The notes beneath the pieces are model-generated. The model made no database searches. It was given only the letters and a program-made list of their open reading frames with translations, and was not told where the DNA came from. The translations under genes were made by a program, and so were the position numbers. DNA of 64,000 nt from Cetorhinus maximus (taxonomy: Eukaryota): contig NC_135885.1 in the NCBI RefSeq assembly GCF_964194155.1, forward strand, positions 67,084,001 to 67,148,000, given 5' to 3'. Below are positions 13,020 through 24,998 of this stretch, piece after piece; position 1 is the first letter of the stretch; each line of letters starts with the position of its first letter.

Positions 13020-13610
13020 ATTATAGTAAAAAGCTGTGAATCTTTGGCCCATCATGCCTGTGCCAGCTCCTTGAAAGGACTGTCTGATTTAGTCCCACAC
13101 CCCAGCTTTTCCCTATAACCCTGCAAGTTAGTTCTTTGCAAGTACATGTCTGATTGACTTTTGAAAGTTCCAATGCAACCTGATTCCAATGCCCTTTCAG
13201 GTGGCATATTCTAGACCTCAGCAACCCACTATGTGAAAATAAATTTTCCTCTTTTCCCCGCTAGTTTTTTTTGACATTTTTTTATCTATGACCTCTAGTT
13301 ACAAGCCTACATGACAGAGGAAACCATTTCCCCTACTTTTTCGCTTTGCAGGAAGACCATAGTGTATGTCTGGCTGAAGTGATCAAATGAATACGCACAT
13401 TTTAGTAACTACATAGATCGAACCAGACATGCTTAATGTGTTTTTATTAGGTCACCCTTGTAACCCTCCTCTGTACCTTCCGTGAGGCTTTGACATCCTT
13501 TATAACGTGTGGTGTCCAGAATTGTAAACAATATTTCAGCTGAGGCCTAGCCAGTATTTTGTAAAGGTTTAGCATGACTTCCTTACTTTTATATTCAGCG
13601 ATCCTATTAA
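13020..13610 (-). mobile_element. Decayed CR1 3' fragment
   Basis: Similar to the other CR1 3' ends in the window (ccagaattgtaaacaata, gcatgacttccttactttt). Confidence 0.55.
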
Positions 13611-13657
13611 CTTTCCCGATGGTAACAGCCCCTTCGTAGTTCCTAAAATATGTGTAT

Positions 13658-14699
13658 TGTTATGGCTGCGTCATGTGCCCGTAAAACTTGATTAGGAAGA
13701 TGGACACTTTACTTTTAAAAAGGCTGCATCGAATATGGACAATTTACTTTGAGAGGTCAGGTGACTTCTTTTGTGGTTTCTGTACATAGCTCTGGAAAGT
13801 CATTCAGATCTGAAGGACCTTTTGGAGGACCATCTATTGAAGAGACATCAGATGCAACAAGATCATTTGTGGAATTTACAGTTATTATTGTCTGGATATT
13901 TACACAACCTTAAATATAAGTCCTCCAGACTTGGTGTGTGCAAACTTGAAATCCAACAAAGAGGGGTGTGAAGGAACCACTTTTTCACAAGCATGTGCAA
14001 ATGGCCACCATTCATCCTCCATTGTGCGGCAATGGCTTATGACATCAAATTATTTATTGGCGTATTGATTCTATAGTCACATAACAGGAACGGGCTTGAG
14101 ATGGCAGAGGTCTTAATGTTCTAAGAACAGCCCAGAGAAGGCAGTCTGGGACCAACACCACAGAGGGAAAGATCTCGCCCAGCCAAAGGAAGAACCCTGC
14201 CTAGAGAATCCACCACAGGCAGGGAAGAAGTGAGGCTAGTTCTTTTTACCTGCAGGATATATTTTCAGTATAGGAATTTGTTTAAGTTCATCAACAGAAA
14301 CTCCTAACCTCCATCTTTTCTTCAGTGAACCAAGAGAGAATTTTCAGGCCTGCAATGTTTCTGACAACCATCTTGAAGAAACAGCGTAATAGTGATTCTT
14401 GAACGCTTCTTAAAGATGTCAGTGCATGCTACCTTTTGTCTGTAATCATCTTTTCTTGTGTGTGTGGATCTTGTGTGAATGACGATTGGCTGTTTGTTGT
14501 GATTACATTTTGGATGTTGTTCAAAATAAACATTTATCTTTTTATTTAAACTTACAAAAAAGCATGTTTTGTGTCTGTTCTTAAAAGTCACAGCACTCAA
14601 GGGGCTAAAACACTCCTTTTCAAAAACACATTTTGTTGTGGTCAGTCAAGAGATGGGATAAAGGGGAAATTGTCCCACATCTCTCCTCTGTCCGGAATA
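13658..14699 (+). mobile_element. Solo LTR
   Basis: Starts TGTTATGG and ends CCGGAATA (decayed ...AACA). Perfect 4-bp TSD GTAT (13654-13657, 14700-14703). Internal AATAAA. Confidence 0.7.
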
Positions 14700-15379
14700 G
14701 TATTCATTAAGTCACTTCAACCAGACTGGCCCAATCAATTTGCATGTGTACATACTAGCAAGTAGGCACAGAGTATCCATTGTGCAACCTGACCTATGTA
14801 ACAGTCTTCATAAATTCTCCTCTTCTACACATTTCAGGCAAGGCGATTTCCATTAGGCAATCCATTAGTGCTGGTAACAGTACTGAGGCATTACTGGGGG
14901 AGGAGGAGAGATGCTGGAAGAATAAATAATTTTCTTTCATTAGCACACAGGTTCATAAGAATTTAAATGCCATGAAGTGGGAGTGGTGGTGGGGGAAAAG
15001 GTGGGGGTGGGGGGGACAGTGGCGGTCTTGGTGGAAGAGAGCAAAACCAGTATGTAAGTGTCCATAAAACCAGATATCTCTATCTTGTGGTGACAATTCC
15101 TGGATATTTACTATCACCTAGCAACCTGAGACACCGATTTGAAATAGGGATCCTTAAAGTGGAAATTGTGCAGATCTGATCCAGTATATTGTTACATGAT
15201 GTTCATACCCGTTTAAGGTTGGCACTCCTATCATCATTGGTCTTGCTAATTTGGGATGTAAACCCTGTGTGTTTCTGTCATAAGAATTCCATCCAATTTT
15301 CCTCTTATGACTCTCCCTGTCAATGTGCCTCAAATGAAGCAATTTTACAAGTCTCAAGAGTTACTCTTTTCTGACAGTG

Positions 15380-15898
15380 CAAAGATGTTATCCAAAACAA
15401 TGACTAAACATCTGCAGGAGGAGTACATTGGGAGCATGGAGCCTGGTGAACTAGCTGTATGCTTTGTGGCCTACAGAGAGTGGAGGCAACAGAGAAAAGT
15501 GCGACGGAGGTGCCTGGCTGCACAGAGGGAGGAGCAGCACCCTCAGGAAGAAGGGGCGACTGGGGCTCCCGCACACACTGCTGGAGAGCCACAGAGAGTC
15601 ATCGTTGGTCAGCGCTTAGCTAGACCCAGGGTCTATAGATGCCGGCTTTCATTCTTGCTGATGACCAAGAACCAGTGTCGCCAAAGACTACGCAAGTCTA
15701 GGGGACTGGTCGGTCACATCTGCCAGCTACTGCAGAATTTGGCTCCAAGTGGACATGGAGGGCATCCACTGCCAGTGGCCATGAAAGTGACTGCAGTGCT
15801 CAATTTTTAAGCCAGTGGCTCCTTTCAGAGCTCCACAGGTGACATCTGTGAAATATCACAAGCCTACACCAACACATTTATCCATGAGGTCACAGAGG
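15380..15898 (+). mobile_element. PIF/Harbinger transposase 5' fragment
   Basis: RPRVYRCRLSFLLM..QCRQRLR..GHPLPVAMKVTAVLNF*ASGSFQ..GDICEISQ (HARBI1-like HTH region); homologous to 32512-33000. Confidence 0.8.
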
Positions 15899-17635
15899 GA
15901 CTTGGAGGCTGGAGAAATAGTGGAGGTGTTGAACAAATACTCTGCATCTATCTTTACAAAAGAAGAAGATGCTACCCAGGCTGAGGTGATTGGGGGTGGG
16001 GGTGGGGGGGTGGCGGAGGGTGGTAACTGGTGCACTAGAAGAACTTACAATCAAGAGGAAGGAGGTTTTGGAAAGTCTATCTTTACTTAAAATAAATGAG
16101 GTGCCAGGACTCGATGAGATGCATCCAAGAGTGAGATTGGAAATTCTAGAGGCACTAGTGATAATCTTCGAGTCTTCCTTAGGGGAGATGCCAGAGGACT
16201 GGAGAACTAAGAATGTTGCAGCCTTGTTCAAAAAGGGGTGCAAGGATAAAGCCAGCACCTACAGACCAATCAGTTTGGCCTCAGTGGTAGGGAAACTTCT
16301 GGAAACAATAGTATGGGATAAAATCAATAATCACTTAGACAATTGCAGGATAATTAAGGAAAGTCAGCATGGATTCATCAAGGGAAAATCATGTTTAACT
16401 AACTTGCTGGAGCATTTTGAGGAGGTAACAGAGAAGGTTGATAAAGGAAACGCTGTTGATGTGGTGCATATGGATTTTCAAAAGGCATTTGATACAGTGC
16501 CACACAACAGACTTGTGAGCAAAATTCTAACTCATAGAATAAAAAGGAAAGTAGGCACTTGGATAAGAAATTATCCAGTGACAGGAAACAGAGTAGTAGT
16601 GATAAATGGTTGTTTTTCAGATTGGAGGAACATTTGTAGTGGAGTTCCTCAGGGGTTAGTGTTGGGACCCTTGCTCTTCCTGATATATATTAATGACCTA
16701 GACTGGTGTGCAGGGCTTGATTTCAAAATTTGCAGATGATACGACGATTGGAAATGTTGTCAACTGTGATGGGTATAGTCTTGAACTTCAAAAGGACGTA
16801 GACATGTTGGTGGATTGTTCAGACAAGTGGCAGATGAAATTCAATGCTGAGAAGTGTGAGGAAGGAAAGATATGGTGAGTCAGTATAAAATAAAGGGAGA
16901 GCCTCTGAAGGAGGTGCAGGAACAGAGGGACCTCAGTGTAGATGTACACAGGTCATTGAAGATGGCAGGGAATGTTGAGAGAGCAGTTAGTAAAGCATGT
17001 TGTATCTTAGGCTTTATTAATAGGGGCATTGAGTACAAGAGTAAGGAGGTCATGTTGAACTTGGATAAGGCACTAGTTAGGCTTCATCTGGAGTACTGTG
17101 TCCAGCTCTGGGCGCCATACCTGAGGAAGGATGTGAAGGCATTAGAGAGAATGGAGCAGATTCATAAGAATGAATCCCGGGATGAAGAACTGTGGCTATG
17201 AGAATAGATTGGGGAGGTTGGGATTGTTTTCCTTGGAGAAGAGCAGGCTGAAAGGAGATTTGATATAGGTATTCAGGATCCTCAAGGGTATGAACAGGGT
17301 AATTAGTGAGAAACTGTTCCCACTCAAGAGAACATCAAGAACTAGAGGGCACAGATTCAAAATAATTGGCAAAAGGAGTAAATGTGATGTGAGGAAAAAC
17401 TTTTTCACTCAGAGGGTGGTTGGAGTCAAGAATAAACTTCCTGAAAGGTTGGCGGAGGCAGGTTCAATTGAGGCATTCCAAAGGGAATTGGGTTGCTACC
17501 TGAAAAGAGAGAACGTGCAAGGATACGGGGATATGGCTGGGTGTGGGACTAGCTGGAATGCTCTTTCAGAGAGCCAGTGCAGACTCGATGGGCCGAATGG
17601 CCTCCTTCTGCACTGTAAAGATACTGTGAACAGTG
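15899..17635 (+). mobile_element. CR1 LINE, 5'-truncated
   Basis: ORF 15990-16739 with YRPISLASVVGKLLE, QHGFIKGKSCLTNLL, DFQKAFD and GVPQGLVLGP; CR1 tail gactcgatgggccgaatggcctccttctgcactgt. Confidence 0.9.
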
Positions 17636-17794
17636 CTTAGGGAAGAAGCCAATGAGTCAAGTTGATGGGTATTCCACAGCTGGATCTTAAGCATCAATAA
17701 AACAGATTCTTACTGACATTATCTGTAAAGTTGTAACTAGACCCCTCTCACTTTTCGTTACACCCCCTTTCACTTCTCCCCTCTCAAGTACTTT

Positions 17795-18110
17795 TTAAAA
17801 ACTGCTTCATTGGACTTGGCATCGCTGGCTAGACCAACATTTTTATTGCCCATCCCTAATTGCCCTCGAGAAGGTGGTGGTGAACCACCTTCTTGAACCG
17901 CTACCGTCCACATGGTGTAGGTACACCCACTGTGCTGTTTGGGAGGGAATTCCAAGATTTTGACCCAGCAACAGTGAAGGAATACCAATATAGTTCCAAG
18001 TCTGAATGATGTGTGACTTGGAGGGGAACTTGCAGATGGTGGTGCCCCCTTGCATCTGCTACTCTTGTCCTTCTAGATGGTATAGAGTTTGTGTGTTTGG
18101 AAGGTGCCAT
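17795..18110 (-). mobile_element. 3' fragment of the CR1/L2-group LINE
   Basis: Same 3' tail as 4561-4870 (cccatccctaattgccctcgagaaggtgg). Confidence 0.75.
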
Positions 18111-18329
18111 TTCACTAAATCCACATCCCTTCTCATCCCTTCATTACTCTTTGACCTTCCTGCTCTTGTTGCCAAATCAGGTTTGACGCTCTCTCAAATA
18201 AGCCTATTGCTTCCCACTATGCCTCTCTTGACATCCTCTAGTCGAGGTACTCAGCACTACCTCATTACAAGTAACAAGCCCTATTGCCCCATCGTACTCT
18301 TTCTCCAAAGCTCCCACCTGTGTGTGCCA

Positions 18330-21315
18330 ACTGAGGGCTAATCCTGCAATCTCCATCCAACTCACCCCTTCTACTGCTGAACCTGTGAATTTTACCAGCA
18401 GATCAGTTCTCACCACCACGCTCCACATCTTCCTCCAGAACGTCCATTTACTTTGAACAAGACCCTTGCTATCCATGAACTTATTGTGGATTGCATTGAA
18501 ATGATGGTATTGACAGAAACCTGGTTAAGGTGTGATGACACCTTCCCCCTAAAGGAAGCCTCCCCGATTGGCTTCACATTTCACCACTTGCCCTGCCAAG
18601 ACTGTCATGGTTGATGTGGCTCCTGTCAGCAAATCACACTTTCTCCTGATTCCCTACTCCTCTGGCAGTTTCTCCTCCTTTGAGCATCTCACCTTGTTTC
18701 TCCTCCCTCACCTCTTTTGAAATCCACAGTCCATGCCACCCACCAAGTACAATAAAAATGTTCTCACTGAGACATGTTTACTGCTTTCCTCCTGCAGCCT
18801 CCACACCAAGCGACGATTCATCGCCATGAGTTTGATGTAAACTTCCCAATGCACATTCACACCCAGACCCTTCACCGTGCCATTTCACATAACCTCACTA
18901 CCACCATCGTGTCAATCACAGATAAGGCCATTTCTGATCACCACTTATATCATTCTCAGCCCACATCCTCCTTCCACTTCCCAACCCTGCTTCCTTCTGT
19001 TCCGCCGCTGGAAAAAGCTATCTCCGATTTACTGAGAACTGCACTTTCAAAATTCCAACTGTCTAGTCTTTGATCCTCCATTCACTGCAACATCTCTGCA
19101 GCCAATGATTTGCTCAACTACATCCTCACCTCCATATTTGATGCTCTAGTCCACATGAAAACCATTACTCTCTTGCCCTGGCTGTTCCCCTGGTATGGCC
19201 CTCATCTCCGCACCTTTAAATACAAGAGACACAGACTTGAATGGATACAGTGGACAGCTGCCTACCCATTCACCACCAGATCTGGCAGGACTGCATAAAG
19301 CACTGTTGGGTCCTGATCTCATTTGTTAAAACAGCTTACTATCCCATGCAGAATTATCATGAAATACTAAGGTAACTCCATCCTTTCTCTATTGCAAGCT
19401 GTCTTCTTAAACTATGCTGCCCTGTCTCTTCCAACCTCATCTCCAACATCCTTCTTTGGATGGTCACAATCTTAATGATAATCAGCTACCTCTGCCATTT
19501 TCTCTCCTTTCCCCTAGCCCACAGTGCTGAATTTCCTCTAAAGTTCCCCTGCCCTAGTCCTGAACTCGCATCTTTCTCTAGTTTCTCTGCAACTCTCCAC
19601 ATGCAATCTCCAAGCTCATCTTCTCCATGAGACCCACCTACTGCTCCCTCAACCCCATTTCCATTAAACTGTTGATCACCAAATTTCCCTCCCTGGTCCC
19701 CATGTTAGCTGCTATTGTTAATGGTTCTCCCTCTTCTCTACGGACCCTCCGACAGTGCGGCACTCCCTCAGTACGGACCCTCCAACAGTGTAGCACTCCC
19801 TCAGTACGGACCCTCCAACAACGCGGCGCTCCCTCAGCATGGACCCTCCAACAGTGCGGAGCTCCCTCAGCACTGACCCTCCAACAGTGCAGTGCTCCCT
19901 CAAGTACTGTTCATTCTTTAAATCTCCCATCATCACCCCTTTCCTCAGAAAACTAAACTTTGACCCCATTGTCCTTGCAAATAGCTGCCCCATCTCCAAA
20001 CTCCCTTTTCTCTCAAGTACTTGAACATGTTGTTACCCCAAAATCCATGCACATTCTTCCTGGAACTCTATGTTTGAATTCCTCCAATCAGGTATCCACC
20101 CCGGAGCTGAAAAATGGTTATTAAAGTCACAAATGGCATCCTATGTGACTATGACAAAAGTAAACTATCCCTTCTCATCCCCCTTGACCCATCTGCAGCC
20201 TTTGACATTGTCAACCACACAATCCTCCTCTAACACTTCTCCAATGTTGTCCAACTGGGTGGGGCTGCTCTCATGTGGTTCCATTCTTATCTGCCTACTT
20301 CTAGCAACAGAATCACTTGCAGTGACTTCTCTTCCCAGTCTTGCATCATTACCTCTGGTGTCCCCCAAAGATCTATCCTTGGCCCTCTGCCCTTTGGTGA
20401 CATCATCCAAAAAGACAGGGTTAGTTTTCACATGTATGATGATGACTCCTTCGTTGATGCTAAATTATCAGATTGCTTCTCTATCATCTAGTACCAGACG
20501 AGCAGAAATTTTCTCCAATTAAATATTAGGAAGACCAAAGACATTGTATTCAGCACTGGCTACAAACTCTGTTCCCTAGCTACTGACTCCATCCCTCTCC
20601 CTGGCAACAGTCTGAGGCTGAATGAGACCATTCACAACCTTGGCCCCAAAGTGATATGCCACACACATATCCATGCCACTGCTAAGACTGCATACTTCAT
20701 CTCCGTACCATCGCTCAACTCAACCCCTGCCTTGGTTCTTCTGCTGCTGAAACCCTCACTAATGCTTTGTTACGCCTGCCTTGACTACAATATTCCAACG
20801 CACACCAGGCCATCCTCTCACATTCTACTCTGTAAACTTGAGGTCATCCAAAACTCTGCTGCCTGAATCCTAACTTGCACCAATTTCCATTCACCCATCA
20901 CCTCTTTGCTCATTGACCTACATTGGCTCCTGGTTAAGCAATGTCTCAATTTTAAAATTCTCTTGTTTTCAAATCCCTCCATGACCTAGCCCCACCCTAT
21001 TTCCGTCGCCTCCTCCAGCCCAGGACCCCTCCAAGATATCTGCACTCATCCATTTCCAGTCTCTTGAGCACCCTGATTTTAATTGTTCACCACAGGTTAC
21101 TGTAGCTTTAACTGCCTAGGCCCTAATCTCAGGAATTCCTTCTCTAAACCTTTACTTCCCTTTCCTTTCTTAAAACCTACTTCTTTGACCAAACCTTTGG
21201 CCAACTGCCCAATTATCTCCTTGGGTGGCTTTGTTATATTTTGTTTAATCATGCTCCTGTGAAAGATTTTCATATGTTTTATTATGTTAAAGGTGCTTTA
21301 CAAATACAAGCTGTT
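18330..21315 (+). mobile_element. Decayed L2 LINE
   Basis: APE remnants (LTETWL, SDH); RT remnants (DPSAAFDIVNH, GVPQRSILGP, MYDDD); L2-type tail ..aaaggtgctttacaaatacaagctgtt. Confidence 0.8.
19739..19903. repeat. 33-bp minisatellite, 5 copies (tacggaccctccRacagtgcggcactccctcag)
   Basis: Units start at 19739, 19772, 19805, 19838 and 19871; directly visible. Confidence 0.95.
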
Positions 21316-21409
21316 TTCATAAGTGAGCATTTCCATTTAGATTCTACTGGCCAGACCTTGTCAGTTATATTAGGCTCCGCTGCCGGGATTTCTTATCCTT
21401 TATTGTACC

Positions 21410-21860
21410 ACAAAAGAAAAATAGTGCAGATGTTGGAAATCTGAATTAAGAAAAACTCAGTAAGTCAGGTAGCATCCATGGAGAAAGAGAAACATAGTTT
21501 AAAGTTTAATCAGAACTGGAAGATGTTAGCAACGATTGTACTTTACGATCCTACGATTTGTAGAGAATGTTTAATGAAGAAACATTGCTGCCTTCATTCT
21601 TGAAACGATTTTAATTTCCACGCTATAATCCCATTCATCCTTCACTCCAGCTCTGCAGAAGCGTTAATTCTGGAATAAATAATTAGTGACTTTGTTTATT
21701 TTGTGTTAAAACGACCATACACTTGTAGAAAAGTAAAAAACTGCAGAGGCTTGAAATCTGAAATTTAAAAATGCTGGAAATACTCAGCAGGTCGGACAGC
21801 ATCTATGGAAATAAAAATATTTAACATTTCAGTTCGATGACCTTTCATCAGAGCAGAAGG
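21410..21860 (-). mobile_element. Two Penelope-type terminal (pLTR) remnants; the second has a hammerhead core
   Basis: aaatactcagcaggtc..agcatc motif. Minus strand CTGATGA-aaggtcatcgaact-GAAA-tgtta at 21822-21851. Confidence 0.65.
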
Positions 21861-22409
21861 AAAATAGGGGTGAGAATGTTTAAACCCTTCCTCTTAAACC
21901 TCAGCCCCTCAACTTCACTCGCCTGTAAGACATTTCTTAAAACTTAACTCTTGAACTAACCTTTGGTCATTTGCCCTAATATGCCCTTTGTTGCTCGTTG
22001 CCAAACCTTGTTTTACAATACCCATGTGAAACTTCTTAGGTCGCTTTACTACGTCAAAGGTGCAATATAAATACAAACTGTTGTTGGAAGTCTTTTTTGA
22101 GCAGACTTCAAACATTCGAGGGCGTTTTCTCAATGCGGAAATGTTCCTTTATTGGCTCAATTATATTCTCCCTGAGCCGACAGTAAATTCCTGCATAACA
22201 TTATTGAAAATTTCTCACATCCTCTTCTAAAATATTATACATTTATGTTGTAATAATTCCCTTTTGAAAGCAGACTTTTTGCAGTAGAAATATTAACATA
22301 GACTTATAAAGAGGCGGACTTCGTAATTTTGGTATTAACTCTCCTACAAATAATTGCTTAATTAACAAAGTACCAGTAATTTTATTCGAACACAGATATA
22401 AAGAAAGAC

Positions 22410-22830
22410 AGCATTAAAAGGCGGAAAGAGAGAGGGCCCACCCCACCCCACATTTGTCTTGTCCCGGCCCAGATTCCCACTCCTCCCTTGGTGCCCGCCT
22501 GGCTTCTGCTCCTCCCTTTGTGTTAGCTCCTTTTGGGTTTGGACCGGATATCTGGCTGTTGCCAGGGAAGCGGACGGTGACCTTTAACCTCGCAGACAGC
22601 CGGCCGCTGATTGATCGATAGAAGCAGGAAACGGTCGGTGGGAGAGTTCGGGCGGTATTAAGCAGGGTAAGTAGCGAGTGAAGGCGGGCCGAGAGCCGCT
22701 GATGCCGGTGTGTTTGTACAGAGAGCCCGGAGGGGGCTGGTGTTTAGCGCTGAGGCCTGTGCTGGGCGGAGGCAGGGCCGCTGCGTGACGAAGCTTCAGC
22801 GTGGAGATGGCAGTTGGAAAGTTGTCGGTT
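22410..22830 (+). promoter_or_regulatory. TXNDC9: TXNDC9 CpG-rich promoter and probable non-coding exon 1 (donor after 22666)
   Basis: CpG-rich island with ETS-like ccggat/ggaa sites and a strong donor AGG|gtaagt at 22667. Exon 2 acceptor at 24317 precedes the ATG. Confidence 0.65.
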
Positions 22831-23029
22831 CACGATGCCCATAGAAACTCTCTAATAACAACCTATTTTGGTTTGGTGTCTCCCTCTCTCTGAGCCACTG
22901 AGAAGAGATTCAGTAGATTACAGATTAACACTGGTAATGTCGGGGTTGAACCTCTGATTGTAAACGACCGAAAATTCGGACCTTGATTAAGTGCGGCCTG
23001 TGTCACGGGGTCGCCTGGTAATTTTTGGT

Positions 23030-23136
23030 AAATTTGGTTCTGTTTAAGAGTCATACGGACTCGAAACGTTAACTGTATTCCTCTCCGCAGATGCTGTCAG
23101 ACCTGCTGAGTTTTTCCAGCTATTTTTGTTTTTGTG
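23030..23136 (+). mobile_element. 107-bp Penelope-derived insertion with hammerhead-like motif
   Basis: 14-bp TSD TGGTAATTTTTGGT (23016-23029, 23137-23150); CTGTTTA-a-GAGTC-atacg-GACTC-GAAA-CGTTA. Confidence 0.8.
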
Positions 23137-24348
23137 TGGTAATTTTTGGTGCCGTTTTAACACAACATTTATCATACGATTTGTCCTGCTCCTGATATTG
23201 TTTTGGGCTCATAATATTTGACTCCACTCTTATCCAAACAGGCCTCTTCATTCGTTTTCAGAAATGGTTGCGGTTACTTACAAGCACATCTGTCATATGA
23301 CAGTAAGGAAATGCTTTAATAGTTAGAATTCTGGTCCGTATTTAAAATAAGAAATAGCCTGTTTAAACGTAAAATTCTTTTTTTTCGGATTTATTAACGA
23401 GGCTTCAAGTATGCTGGCATATTCCACGTGATCGATTAGTATCTCTCTCTCTCCAAGGTGGGAGAAATTCATGCAAAAAGGGAAAGAATCCCCATATCTT
23501 AAATTTATATCAAAATCCTAGCTTTTGATAAAATTTGAACTTGATCCCTTTTAAAATATTGTAGATCTATTCGAACCTAAAATACAATATTCATTTTGGT
23601 TATATTTGTATATTGAGCCTAATGTATCATTTTGATTTGAGAGTTATAGAAACTAATGGGCTTAGTGTTGACGTCTTGGATTTTTTTCGATTACTGAAGG
23701 AGGGCTTAGGAGCCTCTTGTAACAGATCATCCTCATGGTGAAAGATAAATTAAAAAGTCTGATAGTTGGGAGTGCTGCAAAAGCATATTTTCCCTCCTTG
23801 CATCATGCTTATTGTCTCAGTATTGAATTTGTCCCTTTTTTTTAGCGGTTCCTCTTTTGGATTGTTTTCCCTTGGGAGCACTCAGGAAAAAAGGGTGGAG
23901 AGAACAAGAACCACAATTCCATAAGGGCGAGCAGCCCTGCTGGAAACAAAGGAAGAGCAGCAGCTGATGGAGGGGAGAATTTAAAAATTGGAGCAGCTGA
24001 GGGTGGAAAGAAAAGAATGCTAGTAGGCCCACTGAAGGGACTGGGCCAGGAAGGAGTGGGGGTGCAGGACTGGAAGGAAGGAAATTATTTTTGTAGATGT
24101 ACAGATATTGAAGTTAATTATAACACATTAATTAATCAAAAAAATTAGATTTTTGTGTTCCAAACACTTTAATGTGCACGATACAGTCGATTTAATTAGA
24201 TGGTTAGAACTGTGGAATTAAAAAGTGCTGCCTAATTTTGGTGAAATACTGCTTTTAGACAGTAATAAGCTTAGCATAATATGCTAATTTTTGTTTTAAA
24301 CACGTATTTCCCTCTAGGAATTGTGTAGTGTACTCCTGATTCACAAGA

Positions 24349-24537
24349 ATGGCAAGTAACCCCTCAGCGGCTATGCTCAGTAAAGTTCTTGAGCAGCAAA
24401 TGCTGCAGACAACTGAAATAGTTGAACAACATCTAGATACAGAGATTGAAAAGTTTGAAAAGATGGATGCAGATGAACTGGAAAAACTCAGAGAAAAGAG
24501 GCTTGAATCAATGAAAAAAGCACAGCATCAGAAACAG
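24349..24537 (+). CDS. TXNDC9: Thioredoxin domain-containing protein 9 (phosducin-like PhLP3), coding exon 1
   Basis: MASNPSAAMLSKVLEQQMLQTTEIVEQHLD...KAQHQKQ|gt; 189 nt, phase 0. Confidence 0.95.
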
Positions 24538-24879
24538 GTGGAAACTTGAATTAAGCAAACACAATCATGTACCGGTATTGGTTCCAAATAGTACAATATT
24601 AGCAAACCGGAATAGTATTTTATAGCGTCCAAGAAATTTTACATTAGTTTTGTTGTCCTGAATTCTTTTAAGTTCATCAAATAATGGAAATGGAAAGTAA
24701 AGTAATAAAACTCAAGTGAACGTTTCTGTTTTTCAACTAATTTATCCCTCGTCGGCTGTGGGAACGAAATGTTGCTTTCAAATTGACTTGCTTTAATATA
24801 ACAATTTAAACATAATTTTGTGCTTTTTTGATACAAAGTACCTAAACGTTTTATTCTAATTTTTAAAATCCATATCCAG

Positions 24880-24998
24880 GAATGGCTTTCCAAGGGCCAT
24901 GGCGAATACAAAGAGATTCCCAGTGAAAAAGATTTTTTTCAAGAAGTTAAAGAGAGTAAAAATGTGGTTTGCCATTTTTACAGAGATACCACACTTAG
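24880..24998 (+). CDS. TXNDC9: TXNDC9 coding exon 2
   Basis: cag|[39 protein letters not shown](R)|gtgagg; 119 nt. Confidence 0.95.

Noticed and set aside
19739-19903. CRISPR-like array
   Set aside because: Contiguous 33-bp units with no unique spacers, eukaryotic context and no cas genes; it is a minisatellite.
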